Positions 1 through 8,793 of a stretch of DNA of 41,478 nt are shown in pieces. The notes under the pieces are model-generated. The model was not told where the DNA came from, did no database searches, and was given only the letters and a program-made list of their open reading frames with translations. A program made the position numbers and the translations under genes. Position 1 is the stretch's first letter. Every line of letters starts with the position of its first letter. Origin of the DNA: Gammaproteobacteria bacterium (lineage in GTDB: Bacteria; Pseudomonadota; Gammaproteobacteria; UBA1113); assembly GCA_009885495.1 (NCBI GenBank), contig VFKP01000036.1, positions 1 through 41,478 on the forward strand, read 5' to 3'.

Positions 1-307
1 TGATGCTGAGACTAGCGTATTGTTTGAATTAATTGCGGATAGATATGAAAGCAGCAGTCTTATTATTACGGCGAATCACTCTTTTAGTGAATGGGACAAG
101 ATCTTCCCCGACAATAACATGGCTGTTGCGGCGATAGATCGCTTGGTTCATCACGCAACGATCATCAATATCCAAGATAATAGTTACCGAAAACCTAAGA
201 TATGACTAAAAATTAACCAGAGAGGCTTAGCCATGACATAATTTAGCTTATAACAAAACCGGCAATCTTAATTGTCGCCGACCGGCAAAGATAGTTGACG
301 TTTAACA
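1..307 (+). mobile_element. Right end of an IS21-family insertion sequence (truncated by window start)
   Basis: The 3' end of istB is followed by two ~20-bp subterminal direct repeats 23 bp apart (ACCGGCAATCTTAATTGTCG 258-277; ACCGGCAAAGATAGTTGACG 281-300). The element ends ...TTTAACA at 307 (5'-TG on the - strand), typical of IS21 ends. Confidence 0.88.
2..205 (+). CDS. istB: IS21 helper ATPase IstB, C-terminal part (5' end outside window)
   Basis: Frame is open from base 2: DAETSVLFELIADRYESSSLIITANHSFSEWDKIFPDNNMAVAAIDRLVHHA...SYR, the canonical IstB C-terminus. Confidence 0.93.
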   Translation, partial: DAETSVLFELIADRYESSSLIITANHSFSEWDKIFPDNNMAVAAIDRLVHHATIINIQDNSYRKPKI

Positions 308-995
308 TATTTATCAATATATCCAATCGGACTATCGAGGGGAAGAGCTTGTTAAGCAAATAATAACGCAAGCGGGAAACCAAGTATGGGCAGAAGAGGA
401 AATAAGGCATCAATCTCGCGGAAAAGCTGTAAGCGAGCTTAAAAAGAAGCTCGTAATTTTTTCTTCATTCATCAAAGATGAAAAGTACGCGGCGATTGGG
501 AAAGTATTATCTACTCTTCCAGATCAAGAAACTAAAAGCGAAGAGTATTATTTAAAAATTGTAGAAAAGCTTGAGGAATTATCAAGACAAACCAGAAAAA
601 GTGGAAGCTTGATAGGGGTTTTTAAAAAAAGTCCCACTGAAAAGGCAGCTGCTATTATTAAAAATGACGAAGCGATTCAAAAGCGCATCCGTGAACTCGG
701 AGAATTAGCAAAAACAATACGTGATTTAGAAGCCAGATCTCCTGAGCTAGCATCTTTTGTACAATCTGCACCGGTGGAACGCGCTAAACTGGGGGCGCGT
801 CATTGTCCTAATAGTCCTTCCAGTTCAGGGAGTTCTACCCATACTCCCGCACATTCCGCACCAGTGAATCCACGCTTGAGCCTGGCAGCTACGCGTTATG
901 CTTTCAATACACCGTCTAATCCTGGGAGTTCCTCCAATACCCCTTCTGATCCGGGAAGTGATCAATCGAATCTTAGGAATGGCTCTAGAAAGTAG
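308..995 (+). pseudogene. 3' remnant (~229 codons) of an effector-like hypothetical gene interrupted by IS21
   Basis: The frame of ORF 609..995 is open back to codon 306-308, with no ATG/GTG/TTG before 609. The first upstream stop (TAA 303-305) lies inside the IS end. The product is helical and charged with a Ser/Pro-rich tail. Confidence 0.75.
905..959 (+). repeat. 30-bp-period coding tandem duplication (NTPSNPGSSS / NTPSDPGSDQ)
   Basis: CAATACACCGTCTAATCCTGGGAGT at 905 and CAATACCCCTTCTGATCCGGGAAGT at 935. Confidence 0.7.
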
Positions 996-999
996 GGTT

Positions 1000-1224
1000 G
1001 ATTGGAAAATCCATTCGGCGGCTGAACTGGATCTCTTATTATGAGTGCAAGGACAAAAAATTGGCTTTGAATTTAAATATGCCGATGCGCCAAGAATAAC
1101 TCAATCAATGCAAACCTTAGAACTCGATCATCTCTATCTGATTTATCCTGGGACGGTAGCTTACCCTTTAACTGAAAAAATCACTGTTATGGGTTTGGTG
1201 AATTATTTAGGTAAAGAAGATTGA
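1000..1224 (+). pseudogene. C-terminal fragment of an AAA_14/DUF4143-family ATP-binding protein
   Basis: Translates DWKIHSAAELDLLL*VQGQKIGFEFKYADAPRITQSMQTLELDHLYLIYPGTVAYPLTEKITVMGL..., resembling the family's E-x-D...E-x-K C-terminal domain. There is an internal TGA at 1042-1044, no start codon and no ATPase domain. Confidence 0.75.
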
Positions 1225-1228
1225 AGTA

Positions 1229-2044
1229 TTAAGCGGCTGGCCGAGAATAAGATGAATTAGCTATTCCAGAAGAAATAACGATTTTAGGTCTTCTTAGAGA
1301 GCTCATTTTAGCAGCTAGACTTTCCTGTTCTTCTCCAAGAGCAGCAGTTACACTTCTAATTTGAACTAATTCCGAATTTAAAGCGTCCAATCTTTTTGTA
1401 CTGTGTTGATGCTTTGCCTTGATATTATCTAAATAGCCTTGCACGGTTACTAAAAGTTCTTCAGCCTTAAGGATTTTTTGCCTACAACTGTCTAAATTTT
1501 TTTCGATTCTTGTTACCAAATCTTTATATTCTTTTTTAATTTCTTGCAAAGCGCTTGCTTTTTCGGCTATTTGATTTTGAAGATTCTGGCGGTCTGTTTT
1601 TTTCTGTTCTATATCCTGGTCTATTTTTTTATCTGAAGGAAAAAACCCGAGTTTTTTCCAGAAGCTTGCTTTTCCTTTCTGATCCTTTAAATCTTCAAGT
1701 TTTTTTAAAGCATCTAAAGCGAGCTGATGAGAAGTTTCTAAGTTCAGTAACTCTCGCCCCAAGTTTCCTTCTTTTTCGGCCTTTGAACTTTTATGATTAT
1801 CCAGAGAAAGCAAATACTGTCGCTCTCTTTTACGGGAAGAGTGAAGGAAATCTGCTATTTTTTGGAATTCTAGCTCACGGAGCATTCTTTGTTCAGAATA
1901 TTCTTTAATTTTGTGCGTGTGAAAATCTTTTGTCTCTTCCAAGAGGCTTATCTCATTCAGCTTTGAAGCTAAGATAAGATCCACGCCTATGCTAACCACA
2001 AAGGAATATATATTTTTTTTATGGATTACTGTGTGAATAGCCAT
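1229..2044 (-). CDS. Hypothetical coiled-coil protein (271 aa)
   Basis: Long ORF with ATG and upstream AGGGGG RBS. It has extended E/K/Q/L heptad-like helices and no recognisable enzyme motif. Confidence 0.8.
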   Translation of the reverse strand: MAIHTVIHKKNIYSFVVSIGVDLILASKLNEISLLEETKDFHTHKIKEYSEQRMLRELEFQKIADFLHSSRKRERQYLLSLDNHKSSKAEKEGNLGRELLNLETSHQLALDALKKLEDLKDQKGKASFWKKLGFFPSDKKIDQDIEQKKTDRQNLQNQIAEKASALQEIKKEYKDLVTRIEKNLDSCRQKILKAEELLVTVQGYLDNIKAKHQHSTKRLDALNSELVQIRSVTAALGEEQESLAAKMSSLRRPKIVISSGIANSSYSRPAA

Positions 2045-2092
2045 CAGCCCCCCTGCTCTTTATCTGCTCTAAAACGAGAGTTAAGTTGGGAC

Positions 2093-2121
2093 ATTCTACC
2101 TCGTACACAGAGAAAAAGCAA
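2093..2121 (-). promoter_or_regulatory. Putative sigma70 promoter for 1229..2044
   Basis: TTGCTT-17 nt-TAGAAT on the - strand, about 50 nt upstream of the ATG. Confidence 0.5.
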
Positions 2122-2199
2122 GGGCTCTAAGCAAGAAATTTAATCCTTTTAGAGTTTTTAAGATCTGGATAATCGAATAATGTCATTACTATTGATCTG

Positions 2200-2235
2200 A
2201 AAAAATAAAACAACCCGAAACAGGGTTGTTTTATT
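2200..2235 (-). terminator. Rho-independent terminator of the 734-aa gene
   Basis: Perfect 13-bp stem AATAAAACAACCC/GGGTTGTTTTATT with a 6-nt loop and a T-run on the - strand, just after the stop at 2259. Confidence 0.8.
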
Positions 2236-2258
2236 GCTCTTAAAATTTTAAAAGATTA

Positions 2259-4463
2259 TTACGAGATTTTTCTCCTCGGTCCTCCAACAGAAATAGAGGC
2301 GGAAGTTTCTGCGAAATGAGAATTTGGCACGCGGATAGCTGATGCAAGCAGTGGATCCGTTTCTTTTTGCTCTTCAGCTTCAGAAGGATTTAGATCTCTC
2401 CACAAGCCAAACTGAGACAATTCACGAATTGGAGAATGAGGAGGAGTACGAGCACCTTCTATAGAAGGTCTTTCCGCACCCGTTACTGGGACTTGAAACA
2501 AACTTTCAGCATCCGATTTTGCTTCAGCAGAACAACTCGCTCGATTCTCTACTTTTACTCTCTCAGAGTGTATTATTTCAGCATTCTCGCTCAGCATATA
2601 AGCTTGTTTGCTCAATACTCCGCAGACATCTCCTTTATCTTGATCGTTATTATCCGCAGATTTAAATCCCAAGCTCGCCGCAATACTCATTAAAGCAGCG
2701 CCAGCCAATCCAGCAACCACAGGAATAGCCACCGGTGCTAGAACCGCAGCCGCGACAGCGGCAATACCGCCGATCACAGGGATAGCCGCACCAGCAGTTA
2801 AGACAAGAACGGCAACAATACCGGCAACGGCTAAAGTCACACCCACACCCAATAATACGGCCGAAGCAATTTCTTTAGGCGTCCATTGGGAGTTTATAGC
2901 ATCGATCAAGGCTTTTTGCTGAGTCTTGACTACTGCCGGTGCATATAAAGGCTGATATGAGCCCATCGGCACCTCTACTGCTCCTGCTCCAACCAACGGA
3001 TTTTCCTCTGCTGAGTTTTCCTGGTCTCCTGAGATAAAGCTCCTCGTATAATGCTTCAATTCTGTAGCTGCCATTTTGAAGGTTTCAGCCAGTACAGCCG
3101 TATCGACGCCGCGAGCGTAGGCTGCATCCAGAATTTTTAAATCTTTCTGAGCGGCCTCTAAGATAGGATCATCATCCTTAGCCTTAACGGTATGCTTATA
3201 GACTGTAAAGCTTGCTTCATACATTGAGCGCGCAGCAAGAAATGTCTCATGAGAGAACTCTTTCTTTAAGGTTTCAGCATAATAGGCTTCTGCAGCAGTA
3301 TACCAAGCCTCTGCGCTGGGAAGATGTTCTTTCACTTGACTCTTAAATTTACGCAATAGCTCATACCGAGCAGCTGCTGCAAGATAACATTCTTTACTTC
3401 CCAGTGGAACGGCAACAACTTTCAATTTTGATAAATAAAATAGCATATTTTCATAGACCTTTTTTTTCTTCGGATCCTTTGCATCCATATATTCTTTTTC
3501 CGTTCTATCATAAGCTTTCGCAAAATCACCCTCTAAAAAATAGCCTTTTATCGCATCGCCATAAGGAATATCTGACGAGATCTCTGCTTTGGAGATACTT
3601 TTTTGAGTTATTTCACTCTCGATAAAGCTAACGGGTTTATGATTTTTAGTAAACTGTTCTTTTCCCAGACTTTCTTTAAATAATTCGGCGTATCCAGGAA
3701 TAACTGTAGAAGAAATGTTTGAAAAATAAGCGTGTATCTCACCATTCTTCTCTAAAGAAGCTGTTAAACTCACTTCTCTATTATGAAAGGGAGAATCTCT
3801 CCTTATACCTTCACTCGGATCAATAGAGTAAATTTCTTGGTTCGTCAATTCCGGCAACTTTAAGGTAGAGACGCTAACCTTTTCTGTAATTGTAAAAGAA
3901 CGGCCATCTTCAGCGGTCTCAATATTTCTTGAAACGTTGTCAGATTGGGAAAAAATAAGGTTATTCGTAATAAAATGCGAATGCCCAAACAGTTCACTGA
4001 ACCTTTGAGTAAAGGCATATTGATGAAAATTACAATACAGCTGATTTTGTAATTTTGGATCTAATGCTGGCATTATATTGGCAAAACAGTGTTCTAAGAT
4101 ATCTGGATAGTCTCCTATTAATGCTTTAATATGCTTTACTTCAGAATCTTCCATATTTTCTATTTCATAATTTTCAGAACAAGTAATACGATTTCCTTCT
4201 TTATCTGTAAGCTGCAGTTTTTGAACCGCGGCAATAATCATCGTCAATAAGGGGACGTTATTGATCGTAATAATCCTAAAAGTTCGAAATACATCCGCGC
4301 GAGTCTTTGTGCGCCCTCGCTCTTCATTCCCGTCTTTTGTGTAATCTGAAAGATACATATTACTACTAGAAAATTGAGCATTTGTCTTCTCGCTAGGCAG
4401 GATTAAAGCCGCATCAGCACTTTCCAATGTAAAATTCTTAACTTTTTCACTCTTTGAACTCAT
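2259..4463 (-). CDS. Hypothetical membrane-associated protein, candidate type IVB effector (734 aa)
   Basis: Long ORF with GGAG RBS. It has a helical Ala/Tyr-rich middle, a 69-aa uncharged segment and a disordered Ser/Pro/Glu C-terminus. A PmrA-type box lies upstream. Confidence 0.85.
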   Translation of the reverse strand: MSSKSEKVKNFTLESADAALILPSEKTNAQFSSSNMYLSDYTKDGNEERGRTKTRADVFRTFRIITINNVPLLTMIIAAVQKLQLTDKEGNRITCSENYEIENMEDSEVKHIKALIGDYPDILEHCFANIMPALDPKLQNQLYCNFHQYAFTQRFSELFGHSHFITNNLIFSQSDNVSRNIETAEDGRSFTITEKVSVSTLKLPELTNQEIYSIDPSEGIRRDSPFHNREVSLTASLEKNGEIHAYFSNISSTVIPGYAELFKESLGKEQFTKNHKPVSFIESEITQKSISKAEISSDIPYGDAIKGYFLEGDFAKAYDRTEKEYMDAKDPKKKKVYENMLFYLSKLKVVAVPLGSKECYLAAAARYELLRKFKSQVKEHLPSAEAWYTAAEAYYAETLKKEFSHETFLAARSMYEASFTVYKHTVKAKDDDPILEAAQKDLKILDAAYARGVDTAVLAETFKMAATELKHYTRSFISGDQENSAEENPLVGAGAVEVPMGSYQPLYAPAVVKTQQKALIDAINSQWTPKEIASAVLLGVGVTLAVAGIVAVLVLTAGAAIPVIGGIAAVAAAVLAPVAIPVVAGLAGAALMSIAASLGFKSADNNDQDKGDVCGVLSKQAYMLSENAEIIHSERVKVENRASCSAEAKSDAESLFQVPVTGAERPSIEGARTPPHSPIRELSQFGLWRDLNPSEAEEQKETDPLLASAIRVPNSHFAETSASISVGGPRRKIS

Positions 4464-4546
4464 TTTCTCTCTCCACCTTTTGGTAGTTTCAATTAATATG
4501 GCCTATCTAGGCCTAATCATCTGAATAATTCAGTCTGAATACCCCC

Positions 4547-4579
4547 ATTTTAGCATACACATATTAAGGATTTATTAAA
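4547..4579 (-). promoter_or_regulatory. PmrA-type tandem box plus -10 element
   Basis: The - strand reads tTTAAtaaa-tc-cTTAATATg-7 nt-TAAAAT. Two TTAA cores 11 bp apart followed by a -10 hexamer is the layout of Legionella/Coxiella PmrA sites. Confidence 0.6.
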
Positions 4580-4715
4580 ATTTTGCACAATTTCCTGATT
4601 TTTATGCAAAATTATTGATTTTTAGAGGTTTTTAGGCCATAAACCAAGGCATAGAAAAGGCCAAGGCCTCTTTTAAGACCTTGGACACGAAGCAATTCAA
4701 AAAAAACTCTTGGCT

Positions 4716-5396
4716 TTAAGGAACATAAGGATCAGCGGGGTTATAAGGGTAAAAAACATTACAACCATAAGATCCAATTTTACATTCATAATGATAGTTA
4801 GTCATATCATCCACTTTACTCCAAGTTCCTCCACTAAATCCTCCAAAATAAGCCGTACCTCCTGTGGGGCTTAAAAAGGTCTTGCTTTTACTACTGTAGC
4901 GGTAGGTCACTTGATTAGGATTCAAACTATTCTCAACCCCTACAAGATAGGTGCATTTAGCAGGAGCTTTAGCCACATAACGCCCTACCGAAGGCACTTG
5001 CATCTGAGTGTTTTGAATAGGGTATTTATAAACATATTTCAAAGACATAGCATCCGAAGGATAAGTGTATTTGGAATCCACGTTGAAAGAAAGTGTAGTA
5101 ATTACAGTAGGGATTGATTTCCCCAGATCAGCGGATGAACAAAGATAAGCTGTTCTATAGGCTGTGGAATCACCTTCAAAAGTAAGAACGGCTTTGCTTA
5201 CTCCAGAAGCATCTTCTGGGCCACATTTTGCAGAAACCACTCTCGCACATAGATTATTCGTGGCATCAGGGCTCATTATCAATTTTTGCTCGTAAAGAAT
5301 ACCTCTCACACCTGAGGTTGCCATAGAAAGCGCCGGATACCCAAAAGCAATTAAGCCTACAAACCCTGCTAAATATTTCATTTTAAAACTTCTCAT
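4716..5396 (-). CDS. Hypothetical secreted protein (226 aa, six Cys)
   Basis: ATG with AAGGGG RBS and a Sec-type signal peptide (MRSFKMKYLAGFVGLIAFGYPALSMA). The mature part is Tyr/Ser/Thr-rich. Confidence 0.8.
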   Translation of the reverse strand: MRSFKMKYLAGFVGLIAFGYPALSMATSGVRGILYEQKLIMSPDATNNLCARVVSAKCGPEDASGVSKAVLTFEGDSTAYRTAYLCSSADLGKSIPTVITTLSFNVDSKYTYPSDAMSLKYVYKYPIQNTQMQVPSVGRYVAKAPAKCTYLVGVENSLNPNQVTYRYSSKSKTFLSPTGGTAYFGGFSGGTWSKVDDMTNYHYECKIGSYGCNVFYPYNPADPYVP

Positions 5397-5473
5397 GATA
5401 GAACCCCTTCTTGTTTTTTCATTTCACTATTAAATATAGTGGATTTTGAGCTACTTCTCCAATTTTAAACAAA

Positions 5474-5651
5474 CAGGATCTGAGAAAATCTATAATTCTT
5501 CTTATAAAATAACCAGATAAGAAGAGTACCGGGCGAGAGGAGTTTTCAGATCCTGCGCCTAAGGATCTGGCTCGTAAGGCGCTTAATCCTATTCCTAGAT
5601 TGCCACGTCGCTACGCTCCTCGCAATGACGAAGAACCAGAATACTGGGCGA
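5474..5651. repeat. Mosaic of degenerate repeats downstream of nuoN
   Basis: 10-bp IR CAGGATCTGA (5474) / TCAGATCCTG (5546); family-A cores GAGTACCGGGCGAG (5524) and CCAGAATACTGGGCGA (5636); right half of a family-B palindrome (5595-5630). Confidence 0.7.
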
Positions 5652-5668
5652 ATGCGCGAGAGTTCAAT

Positions 5669-7117
5669 TCAAGCCAAAAAAGCCTTTTGGCATAATTCAA
5701 TCAAGCCCGTTGGAAATAATCCTAAGAAAAATACCGCTAAACCATTCACGCTAATAGCCAATTGCGTATCGAAGGAGCTGACAAAAATGGGCGCTTTTTC
5801 CATGGGTTCGTCAAAATACATGACTTTGACCACACGCAAATAATAATAGGCGCCGATGATGGCAAACACCAAAGCCAGAGCCGGTAGCCAGACCATATGC
5901 ACTTTGACCAAGGATTCTAGCACACCTACTTTGGCAAAAAAGCCTGCGCTGGGCGGAACGCCTGCCATGGAAAACATGATGAGTAACATCATTAAAGCCA
6001 GCCAAGGATTACGGGCATTCAAACCCTTAAAATCATCGATTTTTTCAACTTCAAAGCCTTTTTGGCTGAGCATCGTGATCACACCAAAGGCGCCTAAAGA
6101 CATGATCACATAGATGATAATGTAAAATAAAGCCGAGCCATAACCTCTGGAAGTGCCGGCAATCAGACCTAACAGCATATAGCCCATATTGGCAATCGAA
6201 GAATAAGCCAGCATCCGTTTAATATTATCTTGCACGATGGCGATAATGTTTCCCACGGCCATCGATAAGACTGCTACAGCGATCAACAGCGATTGCCAAT
6301 GCGAAAATAAGGCGGGCATAGCACCGGCTAATAATCGCAGCAATAAGGCAAAGCCCGCTAATTTAGGAGCCGTGGCGATAAACAAGGCCATGGCATTGGG
6401 CGAACCCTCATAGACATCGGGCACCCAAAGATGAAAAGGAGCCACGCCCAGTTTAAATAAGGCGCCGGCTGAAACCAAAACCAAACCCAAAACCAGCATC
6501 AAAGATTGGCTTTGCAAGGATAAATTCATCATCGCTGCGACCGTTTGCAGATCTAAGCTTTGGCAGGCGCCATAGATCATCGATAAACCATACAGCAATA
6601 ACCCCGAGGCAATCGCACCCATGATAAAATATTTCATTGCCGCTTCTTGGCAAGAAGCCTGGTCACTGCGCAAAGCAATCATCGCATATAAGGGCAAAGA
6701 CAATAATTCCAAGCCTAAATATAAAGTTAAAAAACTATAGGCTGAAACCAAAACTTGCATGCCAAATACGCTGAATAATACCAATAAGTAAAATTCCCCA
6801 TGCGGAATATTACGCTCTTTGATGTACACCCGGCTGTACATCAATACAAATACCGTAGAAATTAAAATAAATATTTTAAGCAACAACGATCCTTGGTCGA
6901 TGATAAAACTGCCATTAAAAGTGATTTCATTGGCATGATCATAGAGCAAAATGCAGATCACAGCTGCGCCCATTAAAGTGAGCTGCGCTAAAAAATACGT
7001 GATGCCACGATTGTTTTTATCGAAAAATACATACGCGAGCAAGACCACACAGATCATGCCCAGGGTAAACATTTCGCTGGCGGCGGGTAAAAAGTCAGGG
7101 ATCGTAAAAGGTGTCAT
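5669..7117 (-). CDS. nuoN: NADH-quinone oxidoreductase subunit N
   Basis: EAAMKYF, FKLGVAPFHLWVPDVYEG and KRMLAYSS motifs; last gene of the operon. Confidence 0.98.
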   Translation of the reverse strand: MTPFTIPDFLPAASEMFTLGMICVVLLAYVFFDKNNRGITYFLAQLTLMGAAVICILLYDHANEITFNGSFIIDQGSLLLKIFILISTVFVLMYSRVYIKERNIPHGEFYLLVLFSVFGMQVLVSAYSFLTLYLGLELLSLPLYAMIALRSDQASCQEAAMKYFIMGAIASGLLLYGLSMIYGACQSLDLQTVAAMMNLSLQSQSLMLVLGLVLVSAGALFKLGVAPFHLWVPDVYEGSPNAMALFIATAPKLAGFALLLRLLAGAMPALFSHWQSLLIAVAVLSMAVGNIIAIVQDNIKRMLAYSSIANMGYMLLGLIAGTSRGYGSALFYIIIYVIMSLGAFGVITMLSQKGFEVEKIDDFKGLNARNPWLALMMLLIMFSMAGVPPSAGFFAKVGVLESLVKVHMVWLPALALVFAIIGAYYYLRVVKVMYFDEPMEKAPIFVSSFDTQLAISVNGLAVFFLGLFPTGLIELCQKAFLA

Positions 7118-7129
7118 ATTCCCTTATCC

Positions 7130-8644
7130 TTATAATTTGCTGGTGGTGGAAAGTTCAAGTAAATGCCCAATAGAGGTGTGGAAAGTTTTAAGCAAGGCAT
7201 TCGGGTATAAACCAATGAATAAGACTAAAAAAGCTAAAATTCCTAAGACCAAGTATTCAGGCAATTCTAGATCTTTCATAGACTCTACTTCTTTACGCGT
7301 CACCACACCAAAAAACACACGTTTATACAACCATAAAGTGTACACGGCAGACAGCACTAAGGTGGTGGCGGCAAATAAAGTGATCACATAACTGGCTTTA
7401 AAGCTACCTAAGATAATTAAAAATTCGCCGACAAAACCCGAGGTACCCGGTAACCCTACATTGGCCAAAGCAAACAACATAAAAAAGGCTGCAAATAAAG
7501 GCATCTTATGGGCAACACCGCCATAATCGCCGATCTCGCGAGAATGCAGGCGCTCATATAAAACGCCGACCCCCAAGAACATGGCGCCGGTACTGAATGC
7601 ATGGGACAGCATTTGCACCATACCGCCTTCTAAAGTTAAATACGCATCCTGAAGATCACCGGTTCTGGCGACAATTTTATAGACCACAAAACAAGCCAAG
7701 GTGGTAAAACCCATATGCGCCACTGAAGAATAAGCAATCAAGCGTTTCATATCCGATTGACCAATGGCGACAATGGCAATATAGACGATGGCAATCAAAG
7801 ATAAAACGATCATGAGGCCTGCCAAATGCTGGCTGGCATCTGGAGTTATGGGCATGCTGAATCGTAAAATACCGTAAATCCCCATCTTCAACATTAAAGC
7901 CGCTAAGACCACAGAACCCCCAGCCGGCGCTTCGGTGTGCGCATCGGGCAGCCAAGTGTGCACTGGCCACATGGGGATCTTCACGGCAAAAGCGAATAAG
8001 AAGGCAATGAAAATATAGACTTGTTCATGCATGGTCAATTTGATGCTGTAAAAACTTAAGATGTTAAAATCATTGCTCTTGGTGCGTAAATACAATAAGG
8101 CGATCAACATTAGGGCCGAACCCAAAAAAGTATAGAGGAAAAACTTAATCGAAGCATAAGTTCGCCTAGGCCCACCCCACATGCCGATACACAAATACAT
8201 CGGAATAAGCATTCCTTCCCAAAACACATAGAATAAAATGGCGTCTAAGGATTCAAATACGCCCACCATCATACCCTGCATGATCAAAAACGCCGCCATA
8301 TATTGGGCGACATTTTTCTGGATGGGTTTCCAAGAAGCGATCACCACCAGAAAAGTGGTGATGGTGGATAAGATCACCATCAACACTGAAATGCCATCAA
8401 CCCCCAATTGATAATGAATGCCAAATTTTGCGATCCAATCGACATTTTCTACAAATTGCATGGCTGAAGTTGAATTGTCAAAATGCGTGTACAAGGGAAT
8501 ACAAAGCATGAGATTGAGGAAAGCGGTGAATAAGGCAATACAACGCGCGCGAGTGGCCTTGCGATCGTCGCCGGCAAACATACAAATAATACCGCCGATG
8601 ATCGGTACCCAGATGATTAAGCTTAATAATGGGATCTGTGTCAT
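7130..8644 (-). CDS. nuoM: NADH-quinone oxidoreductase subunit M
   Basis: FWEGMLIPMY, AVKIPMWPVHTWLPDAHTEAP and GLPGTSGFVGEF motifs. Confidence 0.98.
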   Translation of the reverse strand: MTQIPLLSLIIWVPIIGGIICMFAGDDRKATRARCIALFTAFLNLMLCIPLYTHFDNSTSAMQFVENVDWIAKFGIHYQLGVDGISVLMVILSTITTFLVVIASWKPIQKNVAQYMAAFLIMQGMMVGVFESLDAILFYVFWEGMLIPMYLCIGMWGGPRRTYASIKFFLYTFLGSALMLIALLYLRTKSNDFNILSFYSIKLTMHEQVYIFIAFLFAFAVKIPMWPVHTWLPDAHTEAPAGGSVVLAALMLKMGIYGILRFSMPITPDASQHLAGLMIVLSLIAIVYIAIVAIGQSDMKRLIAYSSVAHMGFTTLACFVVYKIVARTGDLQDAYLTLEGGMVQMLSHAFSTGAMFLGVGVLYERLHSREIGDYGGVAHKMPLFAAFFMLFALANVGLPGTSGFVGEFLIILGSFKASYVITLFAATTLVLSAVYTLWLYKRVFFGVVTRKEVESMKDLELPEYLVLGILAFLVLFIGLYPNALLKTFHTSIGHLLELSTTSKL

Positions 8645-8680
8645 TCTTTTCCTATTCCTGTTTGTGTTTTCATTTTAAAA

Positions 8681-8766
8681 CCCTCTCCCCCAACCCCTCT
8701 CCCAGAGTACTGGGCGAGGGGAGCCTAAAAACCCTCTGCACTCTCCCAGTATTCTGAGCGAGGAGC
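8681..8766 (+). repeat. Family-A (BoxC-like) palindromic repeat plus a degenerate second copy, between nuoL and nuoM
   Basis: CCCTCTCCCCCAACCCCTCTCCCAGAGTACTGGGCGAGGGGAG at 8681-8723, with a decayed copy at about 8732-8766. Confidence 0.9.
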
Positions 8767-8793
8767 TCTAGTTTTTGAATGTTTAGAAAATCC

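Noticed and set aside
4644-4684. Hairpin downstream of the 226-aa gene as a terminator
   Set aside because: The stem is imperfect with no convincing adjacent U-tract.
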